The notes below the pieces were generated by a model that saw only the letters and a program-made list of their open reading frames with translations, was not told where the DNA came from and ran no database searches. From NCBI GenBank assembly GCA_039656555.1, contig JBDHLU010000004.1:1-53681 (forward strand): a stretch of DNA of 53,681 bases, written 5' to 3'. The stretch is from Gemmatimonadota bacterium. Lineage in GTDB: Bacteria > Gemmatimonadota > Gemmatimonadetes > Gemmatimonadales > GWC2-71-9. Below, piece after piece: positions 16,939 to 26,701 of this stretch. Each line of letters opens with the position of its first letter. The stretch's first letter is position 1. The position numbers and the translations under genes were made by a program.

Positions 16939-17043
16939 GGGACAGAAGGGACAGAAGGGACAGAAGGGACAGGGGGGACAGATGGGACAGGATTGATCAC
17001 TGTCCCCCCTGCTCCCCCCTGTCTACTGTCTACTGTCTACTGT
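16939..17043. repeat. GGGACAGnn x6 tandem repeat with an inverted copy and a CTGTCTA x3 repeat
   Basis: Six 9-bp units at 16939-16992; perfect 12-bp inverted pair 16970-16981 / 17000-17011; 7-bp units at 17019-17039. Confidence 0.85.
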
Positions 17044-18646
17044 ATCTCCAAGCTATCGCCCCCGCCGCCTCGGCCCGTATAGAGATGGAGTGTTGTCCGC
17101 GTGGCGTGAGGGTCGGAATCTGCTCGGTGTGTGTGCCTACGACTTGGCCTTGCGCGTTCAGGAATTCGAATACGATGGACGTTGGTGTGGTCGCATCGTT
17201 GCCGATGTTCTGGGCTGATCCGTTCACCACGACGTTCGATTCGGCAGGAAGGAACTGCTGGATGCTGATCGCGAGGCCCATACCCCCTCTAGAGAGATCG
17301 GCATAGTGCCGGGCTGAATCGCGCGTCCCGGCCAAGTTGAATGCCATCGCGGTCAGTTGCATCGTTTGCGGATTGAGCGGATCGATTGCCTGAAGCCGGT
17401 CGACCGTGGCCTCGAGTCGCCCGCCGTCTTTTTGAGCGAGGTACGCCCGCGAGAGTACGACGAGACTCCCACGGTCGTAGGGATTGTGCTCGAGCGCACC
17501 CTCCAGCACGGCGGCCGCCTGCGCCGCGTGTCCCTCATTGAAGAGTGCGAGCCCCGCCTGGAGAAGTTGGTCGCTGCGTAGACCCTCGATGGCGAGGATC
17601 TGCGACAATAGGCCATCCATGGCGTCCCTGTGCCCAGCCGCGGAATACAGGGTGAGGAGTCGCAACGCTGCGTCGGCGTCGTCCGGGAAAGACGCTATGT
17701 ACGTGCCGAGTGCCTCGATGGCTGGCGCGGCGGCCACCTCGATGGCAGCCGAATCCCTGGCGAGGCCGTCGGTAACCCCTGGAAGGGCACTGCGCCACGT
17801 GCTCAGGCGTTGTTCGAGCGCTGTAGAATCCCGGGCCACCGCCTGCTGCACTTCGGGCCTCAGGTTCTGCCCTGCCCATTCGGCGATCAGGGATGCCAGA
17901 AGTGCGGAATCCCGGGCCACGTTCGCCATCAGCGTGTCGCGGCCAATGCGGTTTCCGGCCACCGTCTGCACTGCCGGTTCGGCCAGTGCCTGGCGTTCGA
18001 GGGAGCGGACAATGTCGGATGTCGCCTGGCGGAGCAGGTCCTTCGCATTTGGGTCGTCGGCAGCGAGCGCTTGTCCCTCGGCCAACTTCGCGGACGCCTC
18101 GGGAAGTTGGCCGAGGTCGGCGTACATGCGGGCCTGGTAGAGCGAAATGGCGGCGGCCGAAGGGTCGAGGCGCGAAGCGAGCGCAAAGAAGTAGTTCGCG
18201 GAATCCGGGTTGCCCTCCTGCCATCCGCGCAGCGCATTTGCCAGGACATCGACCGCGAGCGCGGAACTATGCTGCGCTACGTCGTCTTGGCACTGTGGGG
18301 CGAGTTCGGTCGCGTGCCGAAACGCCGTGTCGGCCCCGATGGCGTTTCCCTGTTCGGCGAAGACGCGTCCAAGGTAATACCAGGCCGCGGGGTTCGATCC
18401 CTGATCATGGTCGCGGATCGCACGCACCAGGGCCTCGAACGCTTGGTCGAGCCTGTCGTCGCGTCGGGCGGCCGGGTTTTCAATGGCGTTCTTGAGTTGG
18501 TTTATGCCGTCGGAGACGACCCCGTGTCCCGGCTCGAGGTCACAGGGAGATTGAGCTGGTTGCCACAGGTCTTGCGCTCGTGCGTCAACGAACGGCGTGA
18601 TCAATAGTGTGGTGGCGATCCCGACACACAATCCGCAAAACCGCAT
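17030..18646 (-). CDS. Exported TPR protein with C-terminal FxLYD-like beta domain
   Basis: Signal-like N-terminus, AAWYYLGR TPR helices, C-terminal IVFEFLNAQGQVVG. Confidence 0.7.
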   Translation of the reverse strand: MRFCGLCVGIATTLLITPFVDARAQDLWQPAQSPCDLEPGHGVVSDGINQLKNAIENPAARRDDRLDQAFEALVRAIRDHDQGSNPAAWYYLGRVFAEQGNAIGADTAFRHATELAPQCQDDVAQHSSALAVDVLANALRGWQEGNPDSANYFFALASRLDPSAAAISLYQARMYADLGQLPEASAKLAEGQALAADDPNAKDLLRQATSDIVRSLERQALAEPAVQTVAGNRIGRDTLMANVARDSALLASLIAEWAGQNLRPEVQQAVARDSTALEQRLSTWRSALPGVTDGLARDSAAIEVAAAPAIEALGTYIASFPDDADAALRLLTLYSAAGHRDAMDGLLSQILAIEGLRSDQLLQAGLALFNEGHAAQAAAVLEGALEHNPYDRGSLVVLSRAYLAQKDGGRLEATVDRLQAIDPLNPQTMQLTAMAFNLAGTRDSARHYADLSRGGMGLAISIQQFLPAESNVVVNGSAQNIGNDATTPTSIVFEFLNAQGQVVGTHTEQIPTLTPRGQHSISIRAEAAGAIAWRYSRQ

Positions 18647-18769
18647 GCTGCTCTCCCGTGTGAGGTCTCTGGACGACGTCGTATTCCCTAAGGTATCTGT
18701 CGGATCGGCGTCGGCAACTCGACTCGTCGGTAGGGTGGAAGGCGTCGGTTGTAAGAGCGGACCCCACTC

Positions 18770-20797
18770 TCAGCGCGGTGAAGCCGCGATGTTCCCCCCG
18801 TCCACGGTCACAACGGAACCCGTCGTGCTCCGCGCGAGGGCCAGGCTCAAAAATGCCTCGGCAACGTCGTGCACGGTCACCTCCCGGCCCAGCAGATTCG
18901 ATCGGTAGTACTCGTCGGCACTGAGCCCGCGTGCCTCGGCACGGAGGGCCACGTCATCGGCGTCGAGCAAGTTTGTGCGGATGCGGTCGGCGTTCACTGC
19001 GTTGGCGCGGATCCCGTCGGTGCCGCACTCCAGCGCGTACTGTTTCATGAGGGCCACCAGCGCCGCCTTCGCCACCGCGTAGGGCCCGAAGCCCTTGGCC
19101 GGATTGAACGCAGATTTCGAGGCGTTGAAGAGCAAGAAGCCTCCGGTACCTTGCTGCCGCAGGCGTGCGGTCACCGCCTGCGCGACCCATTGATGAGAAA
19201 GGAGGTTCACCTCGAGGCTCGCGCGAAGGGTTTCTGGATCACACGTGTCGATGTCCCCCTGAGGAGCTGTGCCTGCGTTGGAGACTACTCCATCGAGGCC
19301 GCCAAACCGCCGTACGACGTGTTCGATGCACTCGCCGACGGCGTCGGCGTCGGTCACGTCCAGAGCTTCGTGGTCGGCGCCTAGCGAGTCGGCCACCCGG
19401 GCGAGGCATTCCGCGTCACGATCGACCAGGTAGAGTGACGCACCCGCCAGCGCGAAGGCCCGCGCCACAGCCTCTCCGATGCCGCCGGCAGCACCGGTGA
19501 CCAACACCACTCGCCCCGAGAGAAGTCGCGGTTTTATTTTGGCCAGCTTAGCCTGCTCGAGCGACCAGTACTCTATGTCGAAGAGATCTCTTTCGGGCAG
19601 CGCCTGAAAAACACCTATCGCCTCTGCATCGGTGATCGTGCTGACTGTGTGCTCATAGACATCTGCGGCCACGCTTGCGGCCGCCGGCGATGTGCCTACT
19701 CCGATGATCCCGAGCCCCGGTACCAGAACGACCCGAGGGTCCGGATCTAATTCCTTGACCTCGAGCCCCCGCTCCTTCACTTGCCTCGCAACGTAGGTAC
19801 GGTAGGCGCCGCGGTATTGCGAAAGCTGCGACTGAACGTGCTGCCGCACGGCCGCGGGTCCCTCCTGCGCCGCGATGTCCAAGAGCATGGGCAGACGTTT
19901 GGTGCGGATGACGTGCTCGGGTGTGATCACACCACGCTGCGACCACTGCTCTAGTTCGGGACTATCGACGAAGGCGCGGATGGCCTCCGAAGTACGCAAA
20001 CACATTATGTAGTGGCGTTCGCCCTCGCCGAGGAGTCCGCGCAGAATTGGCGCGAAGGACGTGTAACTCAAGTCGGGACGCGCCGGTACACTGACCGTTA
20101 CGCGGCGGGAGGCCACGTATTGCTCGGCCTCGTCCACAGCGCGGATGTGGAGCTCGTAGGACTCGCGCGCGGTCTCGCCATAGGTGAACAATCCGTGCTG
20201 CAACAGCAGAAGCCCTTCGGCGTCTGGATGGGCCTCGTACACCTCTGCAGTCAGTTTCGAGAGATCGAACCCCGGCATCACGTAGGGGACGATTGCCAGC
20301 CGGTCCCCATAGATGTCCCGACAGATCCGTTCGGCCTCGGGCTGATCCACGATGCTCAAGATGGCGTCCGCGTGGGAATGATCGATGAACTTGTGAGGAA
20401 GAAAAGCGTGCAGCAGGGTCTCGACCGAAGGGTTGGGCGCCGCTGAATTAAGGAGCCGAATGCGCTGTGCGTTGACCATATCTTCGTCGCTCAGCGAGTC
20501 GCGATCGCGCAGCGCGCCAAGCGAAGCCAGGCGTACCGCCGGCAGTCCCGGAGGATCGATGGCTCCGAGATCCCACCCGCTGCCCTTCACACACAACACA
20601 TCAACAAGGTCTCCGAGGTCGTCGGGGAGACGTGTTTTGACTGACGTGTTGCCACCGCCGTGAAGCACTAATGCCGGGTTCCGTCCGATCAACCTCGAGG
20701 TGTAGACGCGCAGCGCAATGTCATCGTTGACGTCGGGATCGCCCGCGTAGCGATTGATCATCGCCTTAGCGTCCGCGTCAGACCATTGACTCTTCAT
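18770..20797 (-). CDS. Bifunctional class II aldolase / short-chain dehydrogenase (RhaD-SDR-like)
   Basis: LVLHGGGNTSVK, VKGSGWDL, PSVETLLH, HSHADA; SDR part with VTGAAGGIG, NAG and YAVAK; AAGGAGGT before ATG at 20797. Confidence 0.9.
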   Translation of the reverse strand: MKSQWSDADAKAMINRYAGDPDVNDDIALRVYTSRLIGRNPALVLHGGGNTSVKTRLPDDLGDLVDVLCVKGSGWDLGAIDPPGLPAVRLASLGALRDRDSLSDEDMVNAQRIRLLNSAAPNPSVETLLHAFLPHKFIDHSHADAILSIVDQPEAERICRDIYGDRLAIVPYVMPGFDLSKLTAEVYEAHPDAEGLLLLQHGLFTYGETARESYELHIRAVDEAEQYVASRRVTVSVPARPDLSYTSFAPILRGLLGEGERHYIMCLRTSEAIRAFVDSPELEQWSQRGVITPEHVIRTKRLPMLLDIAAQEGPAAVRQHVQSQLSQYRGAYRTYVARQVKERGLEVKELDPDPRVVLVPGLGIIGVGTSPAAASVAADVYEHTVSTITDAEAIGVFQALPERDLFDIEYWSLEQAKLAKIKPRLLSGRVVLVTGAAGGIGEAVARAFALAGASLYLVDRDAECLARVADSLGADHEALDVTDADAVGECIEHVVRRFGGLDGVVSNAGTAPQGDIDTCDPETLRASLEVNLLSHQWVAQAVTARLRQQGTGGFLLFNASKSAFNPAKGFGPYAVAKAALVALMKQYALECGTDGIRANAVNADRIRTNLLDADDVALRAEARGLSADEYYRSNLLGREVTVHDVAEAFLSLALARSTTGSVVTVDGGNIAASPR

Positions 20798-20962
20798 TCC
20801 AATGCCACCTCCTTGCGTCGCAGAGGTATCGGTCGCGACACGATCGGTCAAGCGGGTACTGTAGAGATTTGAGACATTTGGGCTGAGAAAAGTACTGAGC
20901 GCCCTTGCCGAGAACCGTTGGGTGCGGGAGGTTCGCAGCGGTTCCCGAAGGTCTTACGTCAG

Positions 20963-21034
<72 letters not shown>

Positions 21035-21088
21035 GTAGGCGGAGGAGTCTTGAGCCTCCTCCGCTCCAGCGTCAATACGGCTGGTGAA

Positions 21089-22465
21089 CTAGTTCGTCTT
21101 GTATCGGTAAGCAATAATATCGCCCTGCCCCATGACTGCGAAGTTGAGCGCATCTCCCGGCGCCACCGATTCGCCACCGGCGGTATCGCTGCCCACGACG
21201 TTGCCACCGGCGTCCAAGAATTCGAATGTGAAGATGGGCACATTGGTCAATCCGTCGCGCATGTTGCGAAAGCGACCCTGGACCTGATACACGCCGTTCG
21301 CACTCTCGGCGAAGAAGACCTCGATCTCGAAGGTCAGATCGTTCATGCGAGCGACGACACGATCCGCGTCTGCCTCTTGGTTTTGCGCTCGATAGGCCTC
21401 TGCCAACAGATTAAGCGCCTCCGAACTCAACGGATCTACATCGACGAGCCGAGTTGCGGCATCTGTCATCTTGCCCGCGGCTTCCGACCGTTCGCTTTCC
21501 GACGCGTTATCGTCTTCGGCGATCGACCGATACGAGATCACGAGTCTGTAGAACCCCTGCCGGCTGTAGGGGTTCTTCTCCACGCCAAGTTCCAACGCCT
21601 GTGCCGAGAGGGCGAACTGCTCGGCCAGGTAGAGTTGCTCACCCACCTCGAACAGCTGGCTGTAGGTAAGGTTCGCGGCATGCGAAAATACCGAGTTGTA
21701 CAACTCTGCTGCTCGATCTCTATTCCCGACCTCGGAATAGGCCTGTGCCAGTACCGTCAACACCTCGGGATCGTCCGGTTGTAGTTCACGCCGGCGCTCA
21801 TTCCACACGATCGAAGAGTCCCACTCCATCATGACGTGGTGGATATTGGCGATCAGGTTAATGGCATCAACGAGGTACTCTTCCCGCTGCTCGTTAGTCG
21901 GTTCGATATCCGCGACCTTCTTGAAGTACGTGAGCGCCGAGTCCGTTTCACCCTCATTATAGAAGATGCCGGCCAGGTAATAATACGAGATGTTGTCGGA
22001 CGGCTTGAGAGCACCGGCACCTCGAAACAGGATTTTGGCTTCCTCGAGCGCTCCAGCTTGCATTGAATCCACGGCCGAGTTCAACATCGGTACCCACATG
22101 AGGTCGCGATAATAGAGCGCTTCTTCCTCGCAATCGGGCTGAAGGTGAACCGTGCGGGTAAACGCCGAGTCCATGCCGATGGCGTCGTCCAGCTCCAGAT
22201 ACGTCCGTCCGAGAAAGTACCAGACAGCGGCGTTTTCCACTTCGCCACGGTCCAGCGCTTCGTTGAGGGTACGCAGCGCATCGGCGAAGAGCTGCTGGCG
22301 CGCTGCCGGATCGCTCTCCTCCGATCCGCCCTTGATGTACGTCTCAGCCTGGCTCACCAGGAAATGGCCCCGCGATATGTCGCAACCGGGCCGTCGATAT
22401 TTTTGCGCCTCCGCCACACCCGTAACGAACGATAGGGCAAGCGTGCACGCCAACAATCGTCTCAT
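21089..22465 (-). CDS. Exported TPR protein with C-terminal FxLYD-like beta domain (paralog of 17030-18646)
   Basis: Signal peptide MRRLLACTLALSFVTGVAEA, AVWYFLGR, C-terminal FTFEFLDAGGNVVG. Confidence 0.72.
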   Translation of the reverse strand: MRRLLACTLALSFVTGVAEAQKYRRPGCDISRGHFLVSQAETYIKGGSEESDPAARQQLFADALRTLNEALDRGEVENAAVWYFLGRTYLELDDAIGMDSAFTRTVHLQPDCEEEALYYRDLMWVPMLNSAVDSMQAGALEEAKILFRGAGALKPSDNISYYYLAGIFYNEGETDSALTYFKKVADIEPTNEQREEYLVDAINLIANIHHVMMEWDSSIVWNERRRELQPDDPEVLTVLAQAYSEVGNRDRAAELYNSVFSHAANLTYSQLFEVGEQLYLAEQFALSAQALELGVEKNPYSRQGFYRLVISYRSIAEDDNASESERSEAAGKMTDAATRLVDVDPLSSEALNLLAEAYRAQNQEADADRVVARMNDLTFEIEVFFAESANGVYQVQGRFRNMRDGLTNVPIFTFEFLDAGGNVVGSDTAGGESVAPGDALNFAVMGQGDIIAYRYKTN

Positions 22466-22476
22466 ACTCAAGCTCC

Positions 22477-23715
22477 TCAGCTCCTCGTTTTCGATTCTCG
22501 ATCCGCGCCGCCGCCGTTTCTCACGATGGCACCCGCGCGGTGTTCCGCCTCTTGGGCAATTTCCAAAGCGGGTCGCCCCAGTGCTTCGGCTGCCGCCTTG
22601 ACGTCCGCGTATTCCGGCTTGAACCGAACGCCGGTAGGTCCTTCCCACACCTTAATGCGTACTCTGTTCCCCCCGTCAAGCTCTACGATTTGTTCCCTTC
22701 GTTCCAATGTGTTCCGCGATGCGGTCACCCGCCTAACACCCACCGTCGTGCTGTGGGTGAAGAGTGCCTGAATCACGCGATCGGCAGTGTCAGCGGTCGC
22801 GATGACCTCGATACGTACACCGATCCTACCCTTCTTTCCATGGGTCGGCCACATACTGCAATCGAGCGCGCCCGCGGCAAAAACGGCTTCCCGTAAAGGT
22901 TCCAGGTATTCCGGCACGAGGTCGTCAATGTCCGTCGCGATGATCTCGACGGATCCTGCCTCGGCCGCGGAGTCGGCGAGCAACAACCGAAGCGCGTTCG
23001 GATACCCGTCCGGATTACGGGTGCCCGCCCCCCATCCCATCCCCGTCGAACGCCAGTTGCTGGGCGGTGAACCATCACTCAATGTCTTGAGCAGCGCGGC
23101 ACCGGTCGGAGTGGTGGCTTCCCCGATCAAGGGACCGTCTGTCCGCACCACCACACCCTCGAGTATGAAGGCGGTGGCGGGGGCCGGTACCGGGAGGTTC
23201 CCGTGCGCCGCCTGGACCCAACCGCTCCCCAGGGCGACCGGGAAATTGTATATCTGGTCGATGCCCAACTCCGCGAATCCGCCAATACCTCCGACGATGT
23301 CCAGTAACGCATCGGTGGCACCCACTTCGTGAAGATGCACCCTGTCGGGAGCAACGCCGTGGACGCGACCCTCGGCTTCACCCAGGAGTCGAAAGGCCTT
23401 TACGGCTTTGGCCTTCACGTCGGCACGGAGGTCGGCTTGCTCGACCAACTTCACGAGATCTCCTATGTGACTCCCGTGATGGCCGTGGTCACCATGATGG
23501 TGATCATGTCCGGTGTCACCTTCGATCTGGAAGCCGACCTTGGTGCACGTCACTGAGCACCGATCGACCTTCTCGATGTGCACGCCGACGGTTGGAAACC
23601 CCATGCGCGCCGGCAAACCCTGGAGCCACTCCGGGTCTAGGCCGGAGTCGATCAGTGCACCGAGGAGCATGTCACCGCTGATACCAGCGAACGGGTCGAG
23701 AATGGCAATTTGCAT
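22477..23715 (-). CDS. larC: Nickel-pincer cofactor biosynthesis protein LarC
   Basis: GISGDMLLGAL, His-rich segment, HLHEVGATD, HGNLPVPAPAT, TPTGAA, KPEYAD. Confidence 0.93.
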   Translation of the reverse strand: MQIAILDPFAGISGDMLLGALIDSGLDPEWLQGLPARMGFPTVGVHIEKVDRCSVTCTKVGFQIEGDTGHDHHHGDHGHHGSHIGDLVKLVEQADLRADVKAKAVKAFRLLGEAEGRVHGVAPDRVHLHEVGATDALLDIVGGIGGFAELGIDQIYNFPVALGSGWVQAAHGNLPVPAPATAFILEGVVVRTDGPLIGEATTPTGAALLKTLSDGSPPSNWRSTGMGWGAGTRNPDGYPNALRLLLADSAAEAGSVEIIATDIDDLVPEYLEPLREAVFAAGALDCSMWPTHGKKGRIGVRIEVIATADTADRVIQALFTHSTTVGVRRVTASRNTLERREQIVELDGGNRVRIKVWEGPTGVRFKPEYADVKAAAEALGRPALEIAQEAEHRAGAIVRNGGGADRESKTRS

Positions 23716-23744
23716 GTCTTTATGGTCTAACCACTAAATATCGC

Positions 23745-24893
23745 TCACGGATTCTCGTAAAGCCACCCGGCACCCGTGTTGAACAACACGACCGAATCGG
23801 AGGCCCTGATGTGTCCGGACGCCACCAATTCCCGGAGCGCCGCGAGGGTCGCGCCACCCTCGGGACATGCGTCGATGCCGTGTCGCATCGTGAGTTCGCG
23901 TTGCGCTCCCTCGAGCATCTCGTCGCTCACGGCGATCGCGCCCCCGCCGGTTTCTGCGATAGCGCGCAGCATGAGCCGACCACCGAGCGGAGCCGGCACC
24001 CGAAGGCCGGCGGCAATCGTTGCTGGGGCGTCCCACGCCTCCGTCGCATCGGCCCCCGCGTCTACTGCCCTTACGACCGGGGCGCAGCCTGTGGATTGGA
24101 CGCTGAACAACCGCGGGGCTTTGCCCGTTACCCACCCCGCGTCGAGAAGCGCTTTGAACGCGATCCACATCCCTATGAGCCCGGTGCCGCCACCAGTCGG
24201 ATAGATCACGACGTCGGGCAGTGTCCAATCGAGTTGTTCCGCCACTTCGAGCCCGAGGGTTTTCTTGCCCTCGATGCGATACGGTTCGCGGAGGGTCGAC
24301 ACATCGAACGCCCCTGTCTTCTCGGCATACGCGCGCGAGACCTTCCCGCAGTCGCCAATATGACCCTGCAGCGTTTCCAGATCGGCTCCAAAGCGCTCGA
24401 TCTGTGCCAGAATGCGCGGAGGGGTCGTGACTGGAGCGACCACCTTGACGGGAATACCCGCCCGGCAGCCATAGGCCGAAAGGGCCACGCCCGCGTTTCC
24501 CGCCGTAGGTGTCGTAAACGCCGTTGCGTGCGGAGCGGCTCGTGTGACGGCCGCGGACAGACCCCGTGCTTTGAACGAACCGGTTGGGTTCTGCGATTCA
24601 TCCTTGAGCAGCACTCTCCCTACCCCAACGCCGTTGGCGAGCGTTGGAAGGTCGAGCAAAGGAGTCCCGCCTTCGCCGAGCGTGACCGGCATTTCGCCCT
24701 CCAGGAGGGGCATCCACTCCCGGTATCGCCACATGTCCCACGAGCGACTGGCCAAAAGGGCTTTGGTTTCGGGAGGCGGGACAGTGTGGTACTTCACCAA
24801 CCACGGCGCGCCACACTCGCACACGGTTGGGAGACCGTCAGGAGACTGCGACCGATCGCACTCGGAGCATTCGAGTATCCAGGGTGTTGTCAT
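23745..24893 (-). CDS. thrC: Threonine synthase
   Basis: TLGEGGTPL, NPTGSFKARG (PLP Lys), AGNAG, EPYRIEGKKT, PTGGGTG, FNTG. Confidence 0.88.
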   Translation of the reverse strand: MTTPWILECSECDRSQSPDGLPTVCECGAPWLVKYHTVPPPETKALLASRSWDMWRYREWMPLLEGEMPVTLGEGGTPLLDLPTLANGVGVGRVLLKDESQNPTGSFKARGLSAAVTRAAPHATAFTTPTAGNAGVALSAYGCRAGIPVKVVAPVTTPPRILAQIERFGADLETLQGHIGDCGKVSRAYAEKTGAFDVSTLREPYRIEGKKTLGLEVAEQLDWTLPDVVIYPTGGGTGLIGMWIAFKALLDAGWVTGKAPRLFSVQSTGCAPVVRAVDAGADATEAWDAPATIAAGLRVPAPLGGRLMLRAIAETGGGAIAVSDEMLEGAQRELTMRHGIDACPEGGATLAALRELVASGHIRASDSVVLFNTGAGWLYENP

Positions 24894-26692
24894 GCCTTCA
24901 AGTGGTTGAGGATTCGGGTTGCCAACTTTGTCGAGAAGCCGGGCAAGCTCGCGACCTCTTCGACTGTGGCCAATCTAACACCGGCCAAGCTTCCGAATCG
25001 CTCGAGCAACGTCCGGCGCCGTTTGTCACCTATCCCAGGAACGTTGAGGATCTCGGATGTCACCGTCCGCTTGGTTCGTCGTTTCCGACTATAAGTCACG
25101 GCGAACCGGTGAGCCTCGTCCCGCGCCCGTTGCAACAATCGTAGCGAAGGTGCGCGCTGTGGAAGGCGGATGCTTTCGGAACGTCCGGGGACGAAAATCT
25201 CTTCGTCCCGCTTGGCGAGGCTGGCAAGCGGAATATCGATGCGCATCTTGTGTAGCGCCGCCATGGCCGCACCGAGTTGTCCCTTCCCTCCGTCGATGAC
25301 CAGCAGGTCGGGCAAGGTCTTGGCTTCATCCACGCGGCGGGCAATGTAGCGCGTGACGACCTCGTTGACAGCGGCGTAGTCGTCCTGTTGCTCGCCTTTG
25401 ATCTTGAACTTTCTGTATTCGCCCTTTTTGGGCCGGCCGGCCTCGAACCACACGAGCGAACCAACGGTGTCACGACCTTGGTTCGTAGAGATGTCGATGC
25501 AGACCAAACTGCGTGGCACTGCTGTGAGTCCAAGATCACGACCCAACGCATACACGGGATCCTCGGCGCGTTCGTCCGTCTCGAAAGACTCGATCTTGAA
25601 ACTCTCGAGCAAGTGACGAGCATTCTGCTCCGCTAGTTGGACCAAACGCCATTTGATGCCGCGCTGCGGGATGGCCCATGAAGTTTCCGCAAGCAACGGT
25701 GTGAGCGCGTCAAAATCAGAAGGCGCGAACGGAAGGAGTGCGTGTTTGGCCCGGGCTTCCGACGGGACGTAATGGCGCACGAGAAAGGCACTGAGCACGT
25801 CAGCGTCCGGCGCATCGATCAGGTTCTCGAAAAAGCGTTCGTGCCGGGCGACCACTCGCCCTCCCCTTACTCGTACGACGACGCCCACCGCATCGTCGCC
25901 ATCTCGGGCATAACCGATCGCGTCAGTATCACCGCCACCCACAAGTTCGATCGCCTGTGGTTCTTCGAGTTGGTTCAGCCACTTGAGCGAGTCTCGGATC
26001 TTTCCAGCCTGTTCGAACCGGAGGTCGGTGGATGCCCGTTCCATGCGTTCACGGAGGCGCCGGCGAACCTCGACCGTCCGTCCCTGGAGAAACGCGAGTA
26101 CGTCGTCGATCATCTCTCGATAGTCGGAAGCCGTTTGATATCCGACACAAGGAGCACGGCAACGCTTTATGTGGTAGTCCAGGCATGGGCGCTCCACTGT
26201 GTCACCGGGCAAGTCATAGTGGCACGACCGGACAGTAAAAAGACGCCGGATAACTCGGAGGGTACGACGGAGGACGCCGACATCGGTGTAGGGACCAAAA
26301 AACTTAGCGCCCGGAATGTCGACGCGACGGACAACGAGAACGCGAGGAAACGTCTCGCCAAGTGTTACGGCAATGCGCGGGTAACTCTTATCGTCCCGGA
26401 GACTGATGTTGAACGGTGGCCGGTGCTCCTTGATGAGATTGTTTTCGAGCAACAGCGCTTGCGAATCGGTAGGCACGACGATGGTTTCGAGGTCGGCAAT
26501 CTTCCGCCGCAGCATGAGATTCTTGGGGCTGAGGTCGGGATGGGACCTGAAGTATTGCCGGACGCGCGCCCGTAGGTGACGTGCCTTCCCTACGTATAGG
26601 ACGTGGCCGGCCTCGTCTTTCCACAGGTACACGCCCGGCGAATCGGGGAGCGACGCGAGCTTCGGCGCGACCCGAGTGGGAATGTCGGACAT
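24890..26692 (-). CDS. uvrC: Excinuclease ABC subunit C
   Basis: PGVYLW..LYVGKA GIY-YIG domain, LRDDKSYP, DIS, PDLLVIDGGKGQL, RDEAHRFA, HhH. Confidence 0.97.
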   Translation of the reverse strand: MSDIPTRVAPKLASLPDSPGVYLWKDEAGHVLYVGKARHLRARVRQYFRSHPDLSPKNLMLRRKIADLETIVVPTDSQALLLENNLIKEHRPPFNISLRDDKSYPRIAVTLGETFPRVLVVRRVDIPGAKFFGPYTDVGVLRRTLRVIRRLFTVRSCHYDLPGDTVERPCLDYHIKRCRAPCVGYQTASDYREMIDDVLAFLQGRTVEVRRRLRERMERASTDLRFEQAGKIRDSLKWLNQLEEPQAIELVGGGDTDAIGYARDGDDAVGVVVRVRGGRVVARHERFFENLIDAPDADVLSAFLVRHYVPSEARAKHALLPFAPSDFDALTPLLAETSWAIPQRGIKWRLVQLAEQNARHLLESFKIESFETDERAEDPVYALGRDLGLTAVPRSLVCIDISTNQGRDTVGSLVWFEAGRPKKGEYRKFKIKGEQQDDYAAVNEVVTRYIARRVDEAKTLPDLLVIDGGKGQLGAAMAALHKMRIDIPLASLAKRDEEIFVPGRSESIRLPQRAPSLRLLQRARDEAHRFAVTYSRKRRTKRTVTSEILNVPGIGDKRRRTLLERFGSLAGVRLATVEEVASLPGFSTKLATRILNHLKA

Positions 26693-26701
26693 GGATGGAA
26701 A

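Noticed and set aside
16923-17000. N-terminal PSVPPVPSV extension of the DUF512 ORF
   Set aside because: It is a translation of the GGGACAG repeat; family-like sequence begins at ATG 16922.
18754-18760. AGAGCGG matching the tRNA-Gly 3' end (possible att remnant flanking the aldolase gene)
   Set aside because: Only 7 bp, expected by chance in GC-rich DNA.
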